The notes below the pieces were generated by a model. That model saw nothing but the letters and a program-made list of their open reading frames with translations, was not told the DNA's origin and did no database searches. 54,656 nt of DNA from a virus (lineage: Duplodnaviria; Caudoviricetes), in the IMG/VR virus record IMGVR_UViG_3300021335_000022, positions 1 through 54,656 of that record; one strand, given 5' to 3'. Position 1 is the stretch's first letter, and every line of letters begins with the position of its first letter. Shown piece after piece: positions 10,201-21,100 of the stretch. The position numbers were made by a program, and so were the translations under genes.

Positions 10201-12140
10201 TTCCTAGAGCTGGTGATACAGTTCGTAGTACAAGTAATTTTGAAACTTGGGATCAAGAATATACTTTACCGCTATCAGGATTATCATCAACTAACGGCGG
10301 TTGGGCTGACGCTGCATTTGGTAATAACTGTTTTATAATTATTTCAAAATCTGGACAAGATTCTTTACGTTCTGTTTCAAACGGACTAACTTGGCTTACT
10401 ACTAACCTTCCTACTTTACCAGGTGGAGAGTTTTCTGCAATAACTTTCGGTAACGGAAGATTTGTTGCTGTTGCAAAAGGAATTGAGAATAGTTGTTGGT
10501 CAGACAATAACGGTGCTACTTGGAATGAAGTTACAGGCCCAATAGACATTCAAGGAAACGAAGATTGGGTAGACGTTGCATACGGTAGAGAAACATTTGT
10601 TGCAATAAGTGGTTCGTCAGACACTATAAAATATTCTACAGATGGCGGAGAAACTTGGACAGCAAGCGAAATTAGTGATACATCAACAATTAATAACTGG
10701 AGACGTATTGAGTTTGGAAATGGTAGATTTGTTGCTATTTCTGAGGAAAGTAGACCTTCTGCGTACAGCTTTGATGGCATAACTTGGTACACATCTAACA
10801 CTAATGTAAACGGAACATTAATGAAATATGGACAGGGTGTATTTTTAGCACTTGATCCTGTAACAGGTATTAGTTATACATCTTCAGATGGATTCAACTG
10901 GAAACAGCGCACCGAAACTGCTGGAGGAAATTATGGCACACTAGGATTTGGTATCGATAGTGTAACAAGAAAAGGATGGTTCTTAACGCTAGATGATCAA
11001 GGTATTACAAGTGAAAAGATAACAGCTGGTACTAAAGCCCAAGGCAGAGCCGACGTGCTTGCAGCAAAAATTTCAGACATTAGTATGCTAGAGCCAGGAT
11101 CAGGATACACTGACGACAGTTTTGGACCTACAGTAAAAATTACAGATCCTAACAATTCAGAAGAAGCGTTAATCCAATTACGTGTTGGTAATGGTACGTT
11201 AGGTGCTCCGACATTTGTTGATTTCGGTAGTGGCTACAATACTACTTCTACAGCTATTGCAATTAGAGGTGCAGGCTTTAGTGATGCATTCCAGACTGGG
11301 TTAAAATTTATTGGTAAAAATATTACAAGGCTTCCTAGTCCTGGTGATAACTTACAGTTTGAAGGTAATCCTGAAGTTTACAGAGTTGCTACAGCAACTA
11401 TTCTAAGAGGTACTACAACACCAAACTTGGAATGCGAAATTTCAATTAGTCCTCAACTTACACAAGAAACATCGCCAGTAAACGATGCAAACTTCACTAT
11501 TAGAAGTAAGTTTAGTCAAGTACGTATTACAAACCACGATTTCCTAAATATTGGATTTGGTAACGAACAACAGTCTAACTATCCAAACTTACCAGAAAAT
11601 ACAGGATTAGAACCTCAAGACGAAATTGTTGAAACAAATAACGGGCGTGTGTTCTATTCAAGTACAGACCAAGATGGTAACTTTAGAGTTGGCGACTTGT
11701 TTGCTGTTGAACAGGCTACTGGTGTTGTTACATTGAGTGCTTCAGAATTCGGACTTGAAGGTCTAACAGAATTAACAATTGGTGGTGTTGCACTTGGTGG
11801 CTCTCCAGTTGTTGTAACAGAGTTTAGTACAGACGGTACATTTGTTGCTAACTCAAATAATATTGTACCAACTCAGAAAGCAATCAGAACGTTTTTAGCA
11901 AGTAGATTGTCACAGGGTGGTTCAGATACGTTTACAGGCTTATTACAAGCTGGTACTGTAAAAGTAGGTGGACCAGACGAAATTACATCCTCAATTCCAC
12001 AGGGCGGAGAAGGATGGCAAGTTAAAATGGGTGCTAAGACAAACGTCGAAGGACCACTAGCAGGATGGGGCGGTGACGGTTTGGCAATGGCTTATTTTAT
12101 GAAGACATTTGTCGATCCTACACGCGGCGATCTGCAATAG
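4245..12140 (+). CDS. Giant virion fibre/appendage protein (2631 aa): CBM5/12-like Trp/Tyr repeats, split pectin-lyase-like domain, beta modules, BNR/Asp-box-like propeller
   Basis: Repeated W....Y..GDVV.YGG..Y; GDELR and RNMTV pectin-lyase-like motifs; S.D.G.TW repeats with FGNGRFVA; C-terminal STDQDGNFRVG. Confidence 0.8.
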   Translation: MSEFKISRLRFSWVGEWTDLRLYNKDEIVQFNGKAYVCLIPHTASGFYNDLNAIEPKWDLMMTGQTWKGPWQQFTFYSLDNIVIFGGVVYKCNEQHLSTADINTDIDKWDIYAESKTWQSEWTSNNLYGVGDVVYYGGSTYECTVPHLSAATDLEGLEADYTDIDDSTERYWKLLNYGVQYRGIYATESEDSSQVRYKLNDVVKYGPTLYRCIWGHAPSVEFEDFADSTELYETFITAYWEEYLPGLDFDGVWSENSVYQPGDVVQYGGYLFQSTIINNINNKPSVHYGNDDSTAQWELITKAYDLEGEFDPSREYKVGHIVTYGGDLYVAILDNTGKIPGNFEVQAVYEAEGSTGNIIKLNTADSTNPLAITVGMSVIGEGFASGQQVEYVVTDENTGITTVTLNYAPDGSISDEAILTFVGTNYEYWQLLIPGVQWEGRWTDSRLYNIDDIAYYGNATYRCTREHTSSLVSRPDNDLQNNYWTLYLQHDQRNTLSNPGEILSFTSATGNTPIQIGAQATILKVVDGLPAWSTIDLTPNVYYVATNGIDVPAGGKTPDTAWASVKYACEQVLEGVLQQNAKQLLLQNKEWVIQETFYWFLYQQNNDLTPFDNSYNFDNEKVLRDARLIYDGVVRDLVRGGNAVTVENALSYFDLESTNSFTNAGVAEQAPFFLAFFVELFNYIERALTNTIPSENYQQLEIDRLGADYVPGSINVVTQYINSGLTLESDTLTRVQAMERIYLESFAAGSPDSIPPANESAYSTIFIRAGTYNEQIPIVVPAFTALNGDELRGTTIQPKNPVNTLCTRTIGDINLFEVGSTVNMQHNTPVQFVSLNPVTEISTVFGDVIAGQTYYVIGNSITDTRFSVSETPDGPPLELFTNIGNMYVYGGEALHDMFYVRNGTGIRNMTVKGLRGTLSAENEYLTRRPTGGAYVSLDPGQGPDDTRAWITRKSPYVQNVTTFGKGCVGLKIDSTLHNGGNRSVVSNDFTQILSDGIGIWCKGGDALTEAVSVFSYYGYAGYFAEDGAKVRATNGNSSYGTFGCVAEGFDITETPATGTVNNTSGEANAKAVGALGANSEVLKIQYNHAGEQYYQSTTNLLRNSNNLLESTWANDSNVSVTRAATTPYENEFAWRATANTSLTDSAYISQSVSVAPQGRTYSNVGGFNISGSGINATFDVTVTGKEYQVAVNNGGENYVVGNQITLSGKSFGGRSPENDITITVDDLSITAISGILFEGTVPEGSALAYNISIHAKQGNTSYFDMYSTFSGFDPRPYFTRFNFDTEDFTTGTVLGSIELPTNLRADFLEDGWWRLSYTVFDETAQNNNLEMKIYPRGIDGIAGFTNFYGAQITIGDQPSFFLETGNNQPSAYANIKITGAGSGVNVVADELRTGSVFQSRILETEEVRLGGLGYLLQSNNAQAGNTEYLTLAGSEVAEASEYEGMKLVVRSGKGAGQFGIIANYNPASKQASVVKESFDQQEVVSSVSSTDRFLLGPGSDFYNLYVGQKIQFTPTFYDILVPSTSQSKINVTGTLGDLNNYMFVDSTARLRTGQKINFSGTPFGGVITGFDYYIIDIIDERSIQLSTSLGGAVWPLSNVNIEDPDDSPIVLTGEVPGFELNYPDATSYLTASTTANMEATLPIQFTSISIGGITLGDVYYIQDIFNDTQFSISTSLLDVTVTNTDAADNGLTVADSSNLLPLNPIIFKGTMLGGLVEKQRYYINEIIDGTTFTLSSGINTTSATATEGVSNLITVTSTAGFIANAPIQFTGVTFGGITNDKTYYIQVVNDATTFTISETPGGAAVPLLTAVGEVIVRTVTDEVTVTTAAGTMLGKTTGAKVVVESGRGGMEASFYTEIFGGITAGQTYYVRNKFDVNSEFEIEISDAPSLNTTVALTDADGSMQIQAVGWDHINAGTPPVANFDSTSVYAIEPRITYSAPTFAAYDLIDPNTSLPAELPVTPDDNNDTLGDGYCTIVSDGFKPYAIPRAGDTVRSTSNFETWDQEYTLPLSGLSSTNGGWADAAFGNNCFIIISKSGQDSLRSVSNGLTWLTTNLPTLPGGEFSAITFGNGRFVAVAKGIENSCWSDNNGATWNEVTGPIDIQGNEDWVDVAYGRETFVAISGSSDTIKYSTDGGETWTASEISDTSTINNWRRIEFGNGRFVAISEESRPSAYSFDGITWYTSNTNVNGTLMKYGQGVFLALDPVTGISYTSSDGFNWKQRTETAGGNYGTLGFGIDSVTRKGWFLTLDDQGITSEKITAGTKAQGRADVLAAKISDISMLEPGSGYTDDSFGPTVKITDPNNSEEALIQLRVGNGTLGAPTFVDFGSGYNTTSTAIAIRGAGFSDAFQTGLKFIGKNITRLPSPGDNLQFEGNPEVYRVATATILRGTTTPNLECEISISPQLTQETSPVNDANFTIRSKFSQVRITNHDFLNIGFGNEQQSNYPNLPENTGLEPQDEIVETNNGRVFYSSTDQDGNFRVGDLFAVEQATGVVTLSASEFGLEGLTELTIGGVALGGSPVVVTEFSTDGTFVANSNNIVPTQKAIRTFLASRLSQGGSDTFTGLLQAGTVKVGGPDEITSSIPQGGEGWQVKMGAKTNVEGPLAGWGGDGLAMAYFMKTFVDPTRGDLQ

Positions 12141-12173
12141 GATAAATACATTAACACGGAGTTAAAATAAAAA

Positions 12174-15100
12174 ATGGCAGAGTTTAAACTAGGTAGAATT
12201 AGATTTGTTTGGCAAGGAGACTGGAGTGCTTCAAGGGCATACGTTGCAGATGACGTAGTAAGCTTCGGTGGTAAGTCATACATTTGTATTAAAAATCATA
12301 CATCGTCAACTGACTTTCAAACAGACTTTACAGATGCTATTCCAAAATGGGATATTGTATCAGATGGTACAAGTTGGCAGGGCGACTGGCAACCAGAATT
12401 TACATACGCACCAGGTGACGTTGTAAAATATGGCTCATTAGTATATATTGCAGAAACAGGACATACGTCAGCTACATTTGCTGCACCAGATTACCTAGGT
12501 TTGGAAGCAGATTTAGACAAGTGGACACCGTTTGCTACATCTTTTGATTGGAAGGGTGACTGGACAATCAACACAAGATTTAAAATTAACGACCTAGTTA
12601 AATACGGTGGTTATGTATATCTCTGTAATACTGCTCACGTATCTTCTGCAACAGTGGCACTTGGATTAGAAGCTGATCAATCAAAATGGACTCTGTTTAC
12701 TGAAGGATTAAATTATTTAGGTGACTGGACTACAGCCGTACGTTATAAAGTAAATGATGTTGTTAAATATGGCGGTAACGTGTTTATTGCTATTACTCCA
12801 CACACTTCTACAGGATTTGTAGCAGATGAAGCAAATTGGGCTGTATTTATTGAAGGTTTCCAGTTTGAAGATAGCTGGGATAATTCTACAAATTACCAAA
12901 TTGGTGATACAGTTACATACGGTGGTTATGTATATGTTGCAAAAACTAATAACTCAAATGCACAACCGACTGCAAGTCCAGATGACTGGGACGTATTTAC
13001 AACAGGTTTTGCATTCCAGGGAGACTGGAGCTCTTTAGACTCTTACAAAGTCGGTGACGTAGTACGTGTAGGCGGAACAACATATGTTGCTATCGCAGAC
13101 AGTACTGATGAAGTTCCACCAAACGCTTCTTTTTGGAGTAGATTAAACTCAGGGATTAATTGGACACAAAGCACAGAGTCTTACTCACAACTATCGGGAA
13201 CTAACGCAGCAGGCGGCTCAGGGTCTGGTGCAAGATTTGACGTTACAAGATCTAAGACAGTTTATACAGTTAGTGTATCGACAGGATTTGCAGGAAGTGG
13301 TTATGCAGAAAACGATGTAATTACTATTTCAGGCGCAGACATCGGCGGCGTAACACCTGCTAACGATCTTGTAGTAACAGTTACAGCAGTTGATGGTGGT
13401 GCTGTAGATACAATTACACACACAGGTTATTCTTCCAGCTGGATTGCAGGAAGAACATACAACGTGGGTGATGTTGCTATTTACGGTGCAAGCTCATTTA
13501 TTGTTACAGCAACGCATACTTCAGAAACTGCAAACAGACCAGATAACGATTTAGATGCAAGCTACTGGAATCTACTAACATTAGGTTCAGAAGCACTTGC
13601 ACTTGAAGTAGAAGGTGATTTGGTTTACTATGGTAACCAAGGACCGACTAGACTTCCAATTGGTGTTGACGGACAGATTCTTCGTGCAACAGGCGGATTC
13701 CCAGACTGGGCAAACTATGGACTTATTGACAATGTTATCTATGTAGGACCATTAGGTACAGATGTACCTGCACCTGACTCGGGGTTAACAATTGACAAAC
13801 CGTTTAAATCTGTAGGTTATGCATTAAATCAAATTAAATTAGGATACCTAAACCCCCAGACAAGGGATATCCTAAAACATAACAAACAGTTTATGCTTAA
13901 AGAAATTACAAACTGGCTAAAATACACATACAGTATTGTAGTAACATCTACAAGTGCAGGCACACGTAGATTTACTTGTGCATCTACAGAAAACTTACAA
14001 GACAATCAACCAATTGTGTTTACTGGTGAAGTATTTGGTGGTGTAGTTGCAGGTAAAACATATTATATCGATTCGATCATTAATTCTTCAGAATTTAGAA
14101 TTTCAGAAACTCCTGCAGGTGTTTCGTTTATTCCAACTGATGCTACAGGACAGATGAACGGTGACTTAGCATACGATGAAGTTAAATGTGAAAGAGATAC
14201 AGGATTAATTATTGATGCATTAATTTATGATGTATCAAGAGGCGGCACACTCAAAACCACAGAAGCTACAAAATCTTACTATACCGAAGCAGGTAACGAA
14301 TATATTAGTAGCAACTTAGGTTTCCAAAGAGAGCAAACTGTTAGAGCATATCAACAACTAAAATCACTAGTACAAACTGTTGTTGCTAATCAAACACCTG
14401 TTAACTTTCAGTCATTAACTAATATTGAACACGGCTTTAGAGCCCAACAGGTTGTTGACTTTACGCTAACTGCTGAAGATGACGGCAAAACAAAATTAAA
14501 CACACTAATGGATATTGTAATTGACGGGATCGAAGCAGAGTCGAATACAGCTATTGCACTTCCGGTGCTTCCAAACACCACAGTGTTTATTAAGACAGGT
14601 ACATACAACGAAATACTGCCTATGATTCTTCCAGAATATACAGCAGTTGTAGGTGATGAACTTCGTACAAGTGTTGTACAGCCTAAACCTGCAGACGAAT
14701 TATTATCAAGTGACAAAGCAAAAACTACAAGTGCTCTTAATAGAATTAAAGATATTTCATCTGAGCTTATTCAAAATGTTGCTGTAACACCAACTGTAGG
14801 AAATACAACACCACAAGGTTATGTAAACGGTTATGGCGGCAATACTGAAGGTACTAACAGAATTAATAATGGTATTGAAGTAACACAAGATGTTTTACGC
14901 ACAGGACTTAGTATTGTAGATACAATGCCAGCTGTTGGACCAGCCCCAACAGGTGGAACAGGAAACGCAAGCGATGCAGGATATTCTAATGCAGTAGCAC
15001 AAATTGAAGCAAACTATCAGTTTATTAAAGACGAGATTACTGCTTGGATTGCAGTACAAGTTGCAGGACCTATTGCACCATTTGCAGGTTCTTTCACTTA

Positions 15101-18100
15101 CAATGCAGACAAATGGAACGAATATATTGAATATACACTTGATGCATTGAGATATGATGTCACATATGGCGGTAACTTCCAAACTACTGTACAAGCAAGA
15201 AGTTTCTTTGTAGACGGTAGTCCTGCATATGCTGCAGGGGAAAAGGAAGAATTACTTGCAACATTTGCACACTTAAAAACAATCGTTGGTGATGTAATTA
15301 CTGAAACAGCAATTACACCGAGTGCTGGTAATAGTACTACACAAGACACAGACGGTACAGCAGGTAGTGCAGCCGCAGAAACTTTTGCAGAAACTCTTGT
15401 ACAAGAAATTTATGATACTATTGATACTGACGGTACATTAGCATCAGAAGTTACACCAGATACATCTTGGATTAGTACATCATTAACAACTTGGAGATCT
15501 GAAATTGACACTAAGAAATCAGAAATTCAAATTTCTGTTATTGATTACATAAATTCAAACTTTGGTGATTTTGATTATGACAGCGGATCTTGCAGAAGAG
15601 ATTCTACAATTTTACTTACTAGCTCAGCCTACGATACTGCACTAGGAACAAACTTTAATAGTATTAGAGACGGTCTTGCTTATAGAAGACAAATGGGTAT
15701 TAATGTTATTCAAAATCAGTTAACACAAACTGTAGGTACTATTACAGCAGAAAGAGATCTAGCAGTTGCACTTATTTCAGATTCAGTTGCAATTACAAGA
15801 AACACTGCATACTGGAATGAAGTAATTGATATTGTCCAAAATGGCACCGCAAGTGCAGATGTTATTTCTTGGTCAAATCCTGGTGTAAATACAGATAAAA
15901 CTACCGCACGTGAATCTATCCAAACTAACAGAACAACAATTATTAATGCTCTAACTAGCTGGATTAATACAAACTATCCAAACTTAAACTATAGCCAAGA
16001 AATTTGTGAAAGAGACACAGGTCGTGTGTTAGATGCAGTAAGTTACGATATTCAGTACGGCGGTAATAGTGCATCGTACGAAGCAGCAAAAGCGTACTTT
16101 GAAGGATATGCAGAAACACTACCAGTATCTCAGAGAGATGCTTCAGTAGCAGCATTTGAGCAACTTTCTATAATTACTCAAGGATATATTACTTCAGCAC
16201 CAGAGCAAGCAGAAGCTAATACATTGATTTCTATTGTTTCAAAAGCAATTGAAGCAGGAACACTTGTTGCTCTGCCAACAAAAACATATCCAGACTACAC
16301 TTGGGCAGCAGCAGCTATCGAAGCTGACGCAGATACATTGTTAGCCGATACAACTGTTGTACCTGCTACATTACAATATGTAACAGACAACTATAGTACG
16401 TTTGAATACAATCATACTAAATGTTCAAGAGATATTGGATATATTGTTGATGGATTAGAATACGATCTATTGTTTAATTCAACGTTTAACAGCTTAAAGT
16501 CAGGAATGGCGTACCATAGAGGACTGACTTCAACTGACTTTGTGTTAGCACAACAGTTAGAGCCTTCATTGGCTGCACTTGATGTTGTACGTGAAGAAAT
16601 TAAAGAGATCACAACAGGAACTCAAGATGTTAAAGATAGTATTGAAACTATTATCGATATCCTTGTAAATGATACAAATCCAAGTTCTTATACAATTACC
16701 GATCCACCAAACTATGACACAGGATTCTTTAATGCAAGAAGACTAGTAGTTGCAAACAAACAGTTTATCATTGACGAAGCTGAAGCATACTTAGTTGACA
16801 ACTATAATGCAGTATGGACTGCACTAACAACTGCAGAACAAACAGAATGGTTAGAAGAAGTTGGTGAAACTGTTGATTCATTAAGATATGATTTAACTTA
16901 TAGAGGAAACTTAGAAACAATAGTTACTGCAAGAAGATACTATGTAGATAATCTTTTTGTAAAACCAGCGGAAGACAAAGCAGCATTTCTTGCATTGCAC
17001 GTAAGACTAGCAGATATTATTGATGATATTGCAACAGGTAGTGCTATTACAAGATCTGCAAGCAACGTAAACACCCAAGATGTAAGCGGAACTGCCGGTA
17101 GTGTAGGTGCAGGTGCATTTGCTTTAGATAGAATTACAGAAATCAAAAACACAATTGATACTGGATTACTACCTGCGTTAATTACTCCGTCAGTGGCTTT
17201 TGTAGATTCAGAATTACAAAATCTAAAAAAATCAATTGATGCAAGAGTTGAAAATATTAAAACAGGTGCTATTGCATATATTGATCAAGTATATCCTAGC
17301 TTGACTTATGACAAAGTTAAGTGTGCAAGAGATGTTGGATATATTGTAGATGCAATTACATATGACATCTTATTTGAAAGTGACTTCCGTAGTTCGCAAG
17401 CAGGACTAGCATACCGTAGAGGTATTACATCTACCGATTACGTATTAAATAATCAACTGAATGCTACAGTTCAAACAATTGAATTTATTGAAGAACAACT
17501 ATTAGAACTTACAATTGGTCAATATGCAGAAGAAGGTTCAAGAGAATCTTCAAACAAAGCATACGATCTTACAATTGGTATGCAGACTATTGTACAAAAT
17601 GGTCTTGAAGCTCTTCCACCGACAGTATACCCAACACACGATGAATGGGGCACTGACGAATATGCTAATACAGCGTATGCATCAGCAAGCAATACAACAG
17701 GTAATACAGAAACATTTAATCACGCAGTTGATAGAATTGTTGCAAACCACGCATTCATTCGAGATGAAGTTAGACATTGGTTAGAAGATCCAACTAACGG
17801 ATACGATACATTCTGGAGTGGACTAACAACAGCTTCACAAGATGCTTGCATTAGAGATGTAGGATATATTCTTGATAGCACACGCTACGATATGATTTAT
17901 GGTGGTAACACACAATCTCTAGTAACTGGTAGTGCATATTTTGTAAACTTTGTACTAACAATTGATTCAAGCGAAATTGGTGCAACTATTGCAGCTTATG
18001 GTAGACTTAAAACTGTACTTGGTGAAGTGATTGCCGGAACAACAGTTACTACAAGTCCAGGTGTTACTGAAGTACAGGATACAAGTGGATCATCAGGTAA

Positions 18101-21100
18101 TGCAGCAACAGTAGAATTTGCACAAGATCGTGTAGACGATGTATTAGATTGGATTAACAATTCAGGACCTAATGCAACTATAGATATTGCAACTGATTGG
18201 AGTGAAAATGCATATACAAATTCTTATAACCAATTAGTAGCACGTAAGAATGAAATTGTCGAAGATGTTGTATATTGGGTAGAAAAATTCTATCAGGAAC
18301 TAAAATATAATCAAGACACGTGTCGAAGAGACACAGGACTTATGGTAGATGCTATTGCACGTGATGTACTTACAGGTTCAAACTTTGCAACTACAAAAGC
18401 TGGAATGGCTTACTATAGACAAACAACATCTGCTAAAGCAGTAATTAATGATCAGTTAAAAGCGACAGTTGGATCGATTCAATTTTTAGCTGAAAAAGTT
18501 AAAAGAGTTGCAGCAACAAATCCAACAGCAGCAGTTGAATTGATTATTGATGATATTAATGCTTATATCAATGGTGGCGAACAACCAACACCTAAATGGT
18601 GTGCAACTGAAAGTTCAGACGCTAACGATGTAGCAGCATCATCTATTATTTGGGAAAATAAGAAATATATTACAGCAGAAGTTATTGAATTTATTGCACA
18701 AAATTCACCTACACTAACATATAACGTAGAAGATAAGAAGCAAGAAATTAGTAATGTTATTGATGCACTAAGATACGACCTAACATACGGAAGTAGTAGT
18801 GCAACAGTAGATGCAGGCAACTATTATTATCCAAACGGACAAGATAGTTTTATTATGTCTGAAGAAGAAAAGCAAGCAACTCTTGATGCTTATGATTATA
18901 TGAAGCAAATTGTAAGTGGACTAGCAGTTAACTCTGTTACAAGTCCTGGCGCAATTCAAGACGTTGAAACGCCTGTTTTAAGAGATTCTTTACAGATTAC
19001 AGGTAATGCTGGATCTGTTACAAAAGTGGAAGAATTAATGACTTCACTTTACAATGTACTTAGAGATCAAACAAATGTAGAAGAAATAGTAGTAACTGAT
19101 ATTACATCTAATGTGCTTACTTCAGGAACACACAATTTAAAATTAGGTGATACAATTACGTTCTCTGGATTAAACGACGGTACAATATACAATGTTAAAA
19201 CAACACCAACAGGAACTACGTTTACTGTATCTGAATACTTTAACGGTCCAACAGCATCCTTTGCCGACCAGCCAGGGACACTTATTCCAGGATATCCAAG
19301 TAGGAATGCAAACCTTACAGATGTAAATGCAACTATTAGACAACAATTTACAAATTTAACAGGATCTTTAGATGCAATTAAGACTTCTGTAACAGAATAT
19401 ATTGTTGAAAACTATCCAACTCTTGTGTACGACAACAATGCTGCGCAAGCAAATGTAGCAGACATTGTAGATGCAGTTGGTAGAGATATGATGAGCAATA
19501 CAAATTATCTAACAAATAATATTGCTAAATCATACTTCTATGATTTCAATCCAAAACTAATTGGCAATAACACAAATGCAACTGTACAAACATACAGAGA
19601 GTTGAAAAACAAAATTGCAACTTATGTAAACGGAAGTTCGCTTGCATTAAAACGTACAAACAACTTAATGGATATCATTATTCATATGATTGATAAAGGC
19701 AACGGCCAGACTCCGGAAATTAATGGTACAATGACGTACTTTAATGATAGAGAAACAATCAATGCAGTTGATGTACTAAAAGCAAATAGAAACTTCTTAG
19801 CTAGTGAAGCAGTTGCTTGGATTAACGCAAACTATGGCGGAACAGTAAATGATATCAACGGTTCACCGGGAACACTTACATTTACAGCAGCACATAACTT
19901 GGTTGTAGGAGATCCAGTTGTATTTGATTCAAACGCTTTCGGTGGCGCAGTTGCAGGCACAACATACTGGGTAACTAATGTACCAAGTACAACTACTATT
20001 GAAGTATCAGACTCAAAAGGTGGAGAAGCACTTACATTTGATGGCGGCGCTGGCTCTAGTGTTGTAACATACAAATTAAACGAAGAACAGCACCGTGCTT
20101 ATATTATTAGGTATATTGACTCTATTGTATATGATTTACAATATCCAGGTAATCATAAGTCTTGGAAGTCTGCAGAGCTATATCTTAATGCAATTAACGG
20201 ATCACTACGCTCTGATATGTATCACGTAAGAAATGCAACAGGTGTACGTAATATGACTGTTAACGGTTTACGTGGTAACTTGACAGAACTAAACAACTTT
20301 GGAACAAGACGTCCAACAGCAGGTTCTTATGTATCACTTGATCCAGGCTTTGGTCCTTGGGATACAGAAGCGTGGGTAACTAACAAATCTTGTTATGTAC
20401 AAAACGTAACTACATTCGGTGTAGGCTGTGTTGGTTGTAAGATTGACGGTGCATTACACGCAGGCGGTAACAGATCTATTGTTAGTAACGACTTTACACA
20501 GGTACTAAGTGATGGTATTGGTGTGTGGTGTAGCGGTAACAACTCACTAACAGAACTTGTTTCTGTGTTCGCATACTACAACTATTCAGGTTACTTAGCA
20601 GACTTTGGTGGACGAATTCGTGCAACAAACGGTAACTCATCTTATGGTACTTACGGTGTTATTGCTGAAGGTACTGACACTGGCGAAAATCCAATTTATG
20701 CAGAAGTTGATAACTTATCACAAGATGCACTTATCTCAAATGTAATTACAGACGGTGAAGAACAAGTGTTGCGTTTTGAATATTCAAATGCTGGTAGAGA
20801 CTACACTAATGCAGAAATTGCAATTAGTGGAGCAGGATTTAATGCAGCAGTTATTCAAGATGAATTTAGAGACCAAGCAGTTATTGAAACAAGACTGATA
20901 GATCTAGATGATAACAATGGCACAGGTGGTGATGACTATGTTTCAGCACAAAACGTTGCCCAGGGTGGTGATACAGTTTCAGCAACTATTGCTGCAACAG
21001 ACACAGCACTAGGCGGCGCTTATGTAGGAATGAATATTCAACTTACTGCTGGTACAGGTGTTGGACAATTCGGTAGAATTATATCTTTTAACAACGGTAC

